Positions 35,080-41,211 of a stretch of DNA of 41,211 bases are shown here, one piece after another (position 1 is the stretch's first letter; the number at the start of each line of letters is the position of its first letter). The position numbers and the translations under genes are program-made. Under the pieces are notes generated by a model. The model was not told the DNA's origin and searched no databases. It saw nothing but the letters and a program-made list of their open reading frames with translations. Source of the DNA: Pelomyxa schiedti (Eukaryota; Protista; Evosea); assembly GCA_020536535.1 (NCBI GenBank), contig JAHLWZ010000195.1, positions 1 to 41,211 on the forward strand, in the 5' to 3' direction.

Positions 35080-38000
35080 ATGGCGTCTGAAAAAAAAACG
35101 GCATGCGTTACGGAGCGCGAGGAAGCCACTACCCCGTCATCGCCGACAAGCACAAGTGGGTTCGAAGGGGTTATGCCCATCACTCGGGTACGTGCGTTGT
35201 AGTAGTTGACAGTCTTATCACTGAGTTCCGGTTCAGGTGGCGTGCTTTAAAAGCGGCACAGTCCAACTGGAAAGAGAAATAGAGATCGTAGGCAATGCGC
35301 ACGTTGACCTGTACTTCATTCCCTCCCAGTTCGAGCAAGCACAGAAGTCTCTGGAACTTATAGACGAATCGGGCAATGGTACTTTTTGTTGTTTCTGGGG
35401 TTCCACTCACAGCTGTACCACAGGTCACCGTTTGTTACGACAACAAAAAAACTAGCACCCCAACACCAGACAAAAAGTGGAGGATTGAGACCACTGATGT
35501 TCTGGACGACGTTCTCAAACAGCTTCAAGGCACACAAGTACCCTTGGGGTGTATTTTGTGTGCGATAATATGACTACTTTTAGGTGATTATTCGAACAGT
35601 GAAGGGTGATTTTGGAGGTCTGTTTGTTGGCTTTCAGACACTTCCCGAGAGGCGAACGTCTCCAACTGGTTTTCATTGCCAATGTATCTCGGCTTTCTAA
35701 AATGAAGTACAGAAAAGCAGACGGAGGTGATGAGAAACTGCGTTCTTCTCTCGAATGATTCTATTGTACTGTATGTTGGTAGAGATACTACCGCTTTCTC
35801 ATCGTTTAAGTATCTGCGTTGCCGACATTGTTTCCGTCCAAATTATGCACCAACCTTTTCTTGGGGGAATCGAAAAAGCACTAAAAAATATCGCTCATCC
35901 ACCTCCCAAGTTGTCAGATTTCCGTAAGGCGAGTGCCGCCCTTTGGGTCTTTATGCATTTACCATAAAGTAGATCACTGTCTTCACCCAAGGAAAGGGGA
36001 ACAGGAAATTGCTTTGCCGTTATAACCTTCAACAGCATGCTTGGTATTCACTGGTTTTTTCTGTATTTTCCTCACGGGATAAAGGAAAGCAAGCTATCGC
36101 TTGATGCTTCCAGATCTGTTTGAAAAGAAAAATGCCTTCGAAATCCCATTACAAGGCTGGGCTGAGGTCCCAAGGCACTCCCCATATTCCCTTTAACGCT
36201 CCCCAGATTACAAACGCGCTTGGAGAAGATTGGCCTGAAGTTGAGCTCTCACTTGTTGGAAGTGCAAAAAGCCTCTCCACTGACACTTCAGGGAGAATCG
36301 CATTCGTTAACAAAGGGTCAATAAAAGTAAACATCACTCTGTCTACCACTGGAGCTACCCTACCAGTTGTCCTCAAGGCACACGAACTTGTGGTCGACCT
36401 TAAACGCACCGTCTCGAGTCATTTTGGTTCACGCTTAGACTGGGAATTCCGCACTAACTATATTTAGGCATTCCACAGGAAAATATCACACTCCTTTATG
36501 GTGGCGCTATTCTGGAAGATTACCAGAACTCAAAAGAGAGTCGCTTGAAGGTTTTCTCATATACATTTCGTTTCCTGTAACGAGAAACCAATAGGATGGT
36601 TGTGGAGTTATCTGTGTCGTTCGTAAATTACCTTCCGAGACGGAGGATACCAGTAGTAAACCGAGAATGACTGATGTCCTTCAAGCCTCAAGTACATTCA
36701 GGCACACTATACCTTATCCAATTACCTTCTTGAATGAACAAGTGGGTACATTTCTCTCACCTTCTTCCTGACACTGTGTCAGAGAGCTCTAGTTCCGATA
36801 CTTAATCGGCCAATATCTGTATCGAACGTTTTCCTGTGCGAATTGACAACAGCTACAGCCAGTTGCACTCTTAACCCACAGAGAGCTATCCTACTAACTA
36901 ACTCACTGGGTATTAGAGACCCCTTTTTCTTTTATATTGATGCCCAGCTCAGGTTCCACACTGGAAGAGGGACCTCTTCGCTTGATGTTCACAGGAGACC
37001 GAGTTAAGGTTGTTGAAACTTCACTTTTTACCCTCCGTCCTGAGGAACAGCAATTCATTCCTATTGGCTCTGAAATGGGTATTTCAACAGTAGCACTTAA
37101 CCTTTTTAACGTACTCCAGGTGTGATTGTAACTGTACGAGTAAAAGTAGATGACCTGGGGCAACATGCCACCATCATAGAAAACAACGGTTTGTTGACAA
37201 CTAAAATGTTACTTACAACGAAAAGAGGTGAGATTCCTTTCTACTCGTGTTCGCACAGCAGAGTACACGCTCTATAACAAGCTTGGGCAACCTGCCGTTT
37301 TATACATTGACCACCCCCACTCCCGTGACTGGGAGGTCTTCCAAATTCCCCCGCACTTCGCCCAAGTAAAACAGTCCTATAGGTTTCCCTCACTTATTTT
37401 TACTCACGAGAATAACACCTACAAGGCTCCAGTTCTTATTGATGGATACCCCTGTAACCTTTGCCATCAAAGAGAAGTCTATCGAGACTGAAAGCTCTTT
37501 CCTCAAGGATCTTGACACGAATCAATTAGATGCATGGAAAGAAGCCAATGTAAATATCTCTTTTTTCCGGTCTCGTTAACCTGTCGCAGCGTGTCGATGC
37601 CGACACTTATCGACAATTGCTCGAGATTACTGCTCTCCAACAGAAGCTGGTTGACTTACGTGATTCTATTCAAGTCCGGGAGATGGAGTCAGTTGAGCTG
37701 TTGGCACAACAAGAACGATTCCGCGAGAACATTCAGGTTCTCACTGCTGGTGCCGCTGCGGATTCTACTGGTAGGAGGTTGTACTTTTAGACTCCTTGCA
37801 CTAATGGGGCATCCAGGTTACCAGGCTTATGCCAAAGAGCTATCTGAAACAGAAGAGAAGCTACTAAAGATTTCAGAAGAAACTCGTACCCTCAAGACCC
37901 AGGAGAAAAGTACACAGGAACAGCATCAAAAGAAGTGTACCAGCCTCAAGATAAACTGTATCTTCAAGGGATTTGATGACAGCACCGGTACCCTCGTTGC

Positions 38001-38148
38001 AATAGCAATTCCTGCCCCAGCTAGCCCCACCTCCACAGTCACCCCGACTACAACCACCTCTACTACAACTTCCACTTCCACCTCCTCATCCTCATCCTCA
38101 AATCCAGCTGAAGCAGCAGAACTCGCTACCCCCCACAAAAACCATTGA
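35080..38148 (+). CDS. DUF4139/DUF4140-like protein with internal ubiquitin-like domain and C-terminal coiled coil
   Basis: PITR|VACFKSG, DDVLKQLQG, QHAW|KASYRL, LQGWAE|ITNALGEDWPEVELSLV, STLEEGP, YIDHP, QQERFRENI. Ubl insert at about 36310-36640: IKVNITL...VVDLKRTVSSHFGIPQENITLLYGGAILED. Confidence 0.7.
35929..35972 (+). other. GC-AG intron (44 nt) in the DUF4139-like gene
   Basis: AAG|GCGAGT...GTAG|ATC ACT keeps the frame to ITVFTQGKG...RY...AWKASYRL; the GT donor at 35924 shifts the frame with either nearby AG. Confidence 0.72.
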
Positions 38149-38209
38149 AACTCCCCATCCGCGAAACGGGGTCGCAAAAAAGTAGTTTTTCCAAGAAATT
38201 CTTTCCAAC

Positions 38210-40300
38210 ATGAGCTACGACGGGGAGGGCGCGCCCCTGTTGACGCGCACCGATGCGCCGGCGGAGGGTGGGGCCGCTGAAAATAGCCCTCATGGCGATC
38301 AAACCGAATTTATCTCGAAAAAGCCTTGGTGGAGGCTCTTTCTTTCTCAGACCTGGATTATGGCCAACGGTGTTGTTCATCAGAGGTATGAACCTCTTGT
38401 GATTCATTAATTGATTGATTGATTGATTGATTGGTGCGTCGGTGCTATCATATCATTTTTATAGTCTCGCTACCATCCTTCTTCCAGCAGTGGTACGGGA
38501 ACTCAAACCTGTTGGTGCCGCTTCGATTGTTGGAATAGTTGGCGGTGTGAGCATCGTTTTTCAGTTTTCAGGAGTTGCGTGTATCTATTGGAGTGACAGA
38601 TGCAACAGTCGTTTAGGTATATGTTCGGGTTACTCTGATCCTCTAATAAATGAAAAGGAAGACGCCGTCCTTTTGTACTCCTTGCATCCGCCATTATGAT
38701 CGTGGGACTCCTTGGGTTTATGTTTGGGGCCATGTTTGAAGTTCTATTTGTGTTACTTCCGGGGTATTACATCTCAGAAAAAATTCCATGATCACTCTGC
38801 TCAGATACTTTATCACACTCACCGGAATTGCTGTCGGCGCATCAACAATGTCAGCATTACTCCCTGACATTTGCCCTTCTTCTCAGCATGGTGTTGGATC
38901 TGCAGCAATGTGCATTCACAATTATGTAGGGACTGCAATTGGTAATTGTACCAATGCTGTTGACCCTGCTAAGCCCTGTTGGCAGGTTTTCTGCTTACCT
39001 CATTTGATCTTTCCACGGAAACTATCTGTGGGATTTACGGAGCTTCCATCATTGTGTGCTCAATTCCAACTATTCTTTTTGCACAAGAACGAGTTTGGAA
39101 TCTTCTACCAGAGCGTCCTGTAATCGTGGCATCTAAAGTACGGGTTCCATATGGTATTGACTTCACCCACACCAAAAAGAAACTCACAAGTAGAGTGAAG
39201 AACTTCTTCATGATGATTGTTAATTTTTTCAAATCATATATGTTGAGGTACTCTTTTCTGGCGCCTTTAATTTTTGCTGCAGGTTTTCGCCAACAAAACA
39301 CCCTGACTTCCTGCTGTCTCTTTTTATGACGTGCTGAGACCGAACTTTATTATTGAGTTCTAACTCATAAAAAGCGGCTGTTGGTTTCTTGGCTCCACAG
39401 GCAGTATATATCTTCAGTACTGGCTTGCTGACATGGCTTGTGTTGCTGATGCTTCTTCAGTAACTAGTACTAACTTCAGAGTTTTTGCTCACCTACTTTT
39501 CCTTTCCCATAGACTGCTTCAACTGTTTCCTTAATTTCCATGGGTACCGCATTTGCTTTTTCGGTTCCCTTTGGCCCAGTAAGTGACAAGATTTTTGGGC
39601 GAAAACCATTTGCACTCCTTGCTATGGTACTTGAAGCAGGCACTTATATTGCGTTTATGTTTATCCGTGATCTAACGTGGATTTATGTCCTTGGTATGGC
39701 CTCTTTGCAAGTTATTTTTATTTGCCATCCACTCAACTTACAAAGGAGTTGCTTCTGGTATGGGAAATGGCCTCTTTTTGTCTGTATAGCTTCCTCCGGC
39801 TTCCAGAAATCTAAAGCTTTAAAAGATGGGCTATGCAATGTCATGTGACACTCTGCCTTCAAAAGTGTCAGGGGGCAAGTACATGGCACTTGTTACAGTG
39901 GTAATCATCACTGGAATGACTGTGGGCCAAGCTACTCTGGGTACATATTTCCAATAAATTAAGCAAGACATTCATGTGCTCCAGGCCTTATTCTTGGCTA
40001 TTTTGCCCAACCAGAAAGCTACTGCTCTATTTCAGGGTCGTCAGGATCACATTCACTCTCTGCAAGTTACCTGTCGAGCTCAAGCTCCAGTGTGGAAGAG
40101 CATTACTCTTCTCTTGGCTACATTGTACCTATTCCTCTTTGCAACTACATCTCATTCTTGACAAGATACTCTTTTCGATCTCTGCTTTCTTCTTTATGCT
40201 TGGATTTATAGTTATCCTTCCTATCTCTACAGCACGTGGGAAAAAGGCCCAACTGGCTGAGGACCAGAACCCTGAGGGGACACATTCCGATGCCACTTGA
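38210..40300 (+). CDS. Major facilitator superfamily transporter (sucrose/SLC45-like motifs)
   Basis: WSDRCNSRLGRRRPF (MFS motif A variant), ALLPDICP, GPVSDKIFGRKPF and about 12 hydrophobic segments over many exons. Stop TGA 40298-40300. Confidence 0.85.
38410..38433 (+). repeat. (ATTG)6 microsatellite in the first MFS intron
   Basis: Directly visible. Confidence 0.95.
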
Positions 40301-41211
40301 AGCTAAAACATGAAGTGCATGTACATAGCGCTCCATCATTATGTAGGAACGAAGAAAGTGTCGATCTCTTTTCCTCGTCCAACGCTTTAGATGCGGAGTT
40401 GTCGGCTGCCAAGAAAGTGTCTCAAACGTATAGTATACTCTTCCAAATATGGGGGCAGGTGGGTGATGTTGGTGAAGGGTGTCCTTAGTGTGGCCCTTGG
40501 TGTGTAGCTGCAACCTGACAACACTTGTGCCAGGCTGTTTCCTTGTGTAAAACACTAGTATGGTTATAAAGGCAGTACCCTAGAGCATGATGTACAAGTG
40601 TGGTGCACTAAAAGCAAGATTGTAATGCTTCTTGTGTACCCCAAGTGTAAGCTAACACAAAGAAACTGTTTGTTGCTTGGGGTACCAACAAGGTGCGCCA
40701 AGGCCAGAAGTACACAAGGGTAACCACCGACAACAACCACCTGTGGTTGTTGTCGGTGGAGAAGGAGGGTTGGGTAGGGAACACTGGTGTTGTGCAACAA
40801 AATGCACAACGTGGACCTGAATGTTCACTGGCGGGACACCCTTTTCGTGCTCGTTTTCAAAAAAAATTTGGAACTTGCTGGACTGGATCCTAACACTTCC
40901 GTGTCGGAAGTTAGCTGCTGTACGGTTACGCAAAATGGGCTTGGAAGGACCTCGGAAAAAAAATTGCAAAGAACAACAAACGATAGCCACAGATTGCACC
41001 AACCAGTTCACATTTTGCATTTGGTATGTATTTTCACATTTCTTTGGCTGAGTGGAGGCACAAGATTCTGGGTAAGGAAGCACACCACAGGTGGTTGTTG
41101 TCGGTGGAGAAGGAGGGTTGGGTAGGGAACACTGGTGTTGTGCAACAAAATGCACAACGTGGACCTGAATGTTCACTGGCGGGACACCCTTTTCGTGCTC
41201 GTTTTCAAAAA
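40145..41211 (-). CDS. Hypothetical protein, 5'-partial, disturbed by a tandem duplication
   Basis: Splicing NIQ|VVVVGGYPCVLLALAHLVG...LCVSLHLGYTRSITILLLVHHT|LFYTRKQPG...PIFGRVYYTFETLSWQP works with canonical introns (for example 40555-40595). No family recognised with confidence; the 3' end is uncertain. Confidence 0.5.
40724..40759. repeat. Perfect 17-bp inverted repeat with 2-nt loop
   Basis: CCACCGACAACAACCAC-CT-GTGGTTGTTGTCGGTGG. Confidence 0.97.
40743..41211 (+). repeat. Direct repeat with 348-bp spacing; 40743-40863 identical to 41091-41211 (second copy runs off the window)
   Basis: 121 of 121 identical bases by inspection. Confidence 0.95.

Overview
This is eukaryotic genomic DNA, very compact and intron-dense. 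Introns are mostly about 30-60 nt, GT-AG with CTAAC/CTAAT-like branch points, and at least three are GC-AG. It uses the standard genetic code and has one 100-N scaffold gap (25394-25493). By manual splicing I reconstruct about 19 protein-coding loci: Rictor, a PAK/STE20-like pseudokinase, ARF6, a TIA-1/Pub1-like RRM protein, an N-acylated hemerythrin-like protein, LITAF, an NRF-6/acyltransferase-3 protein, a TLC-domain protein, crooked-neck (CRNKL1), RWDD1, an LRR transmembrane receptor kinase cut by the gap, an RSPH9-like fragment, a nucleolin-like RRM protein, RAD1, AP-2 sigma, a GH20 hexosaminidase with a Cys-rich N-terminus, a TKL kinase domain, a DUF4139-like protein with an inserted ubiquitin-like domain, an MFS transporter and a hypothetical gene at the right edge. 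The Entamoeba-type receptor-kinase juxtamembrane signature and gene style suggest an amoebozoan, possibly an archamoeba such as Pelomyxa (inference only). I see no CRISPR array, tRNA, rRNA or transposase. The best leads are: the myristoylation-motif hemerythrin with a His-to-Tyr iron-ligand swap; the TLC/acyltransferase gene pair separated by only 15 in-frame nt; two complementary halves of a receptor kinase 8 kb apart (probably assembly-related); the PAK pseudokinase; GC-AG introns in a splicing-regulator gene; and a template-switch palindrome in a terminal duplication. Exon structures were derived by eye, not from RNA data.
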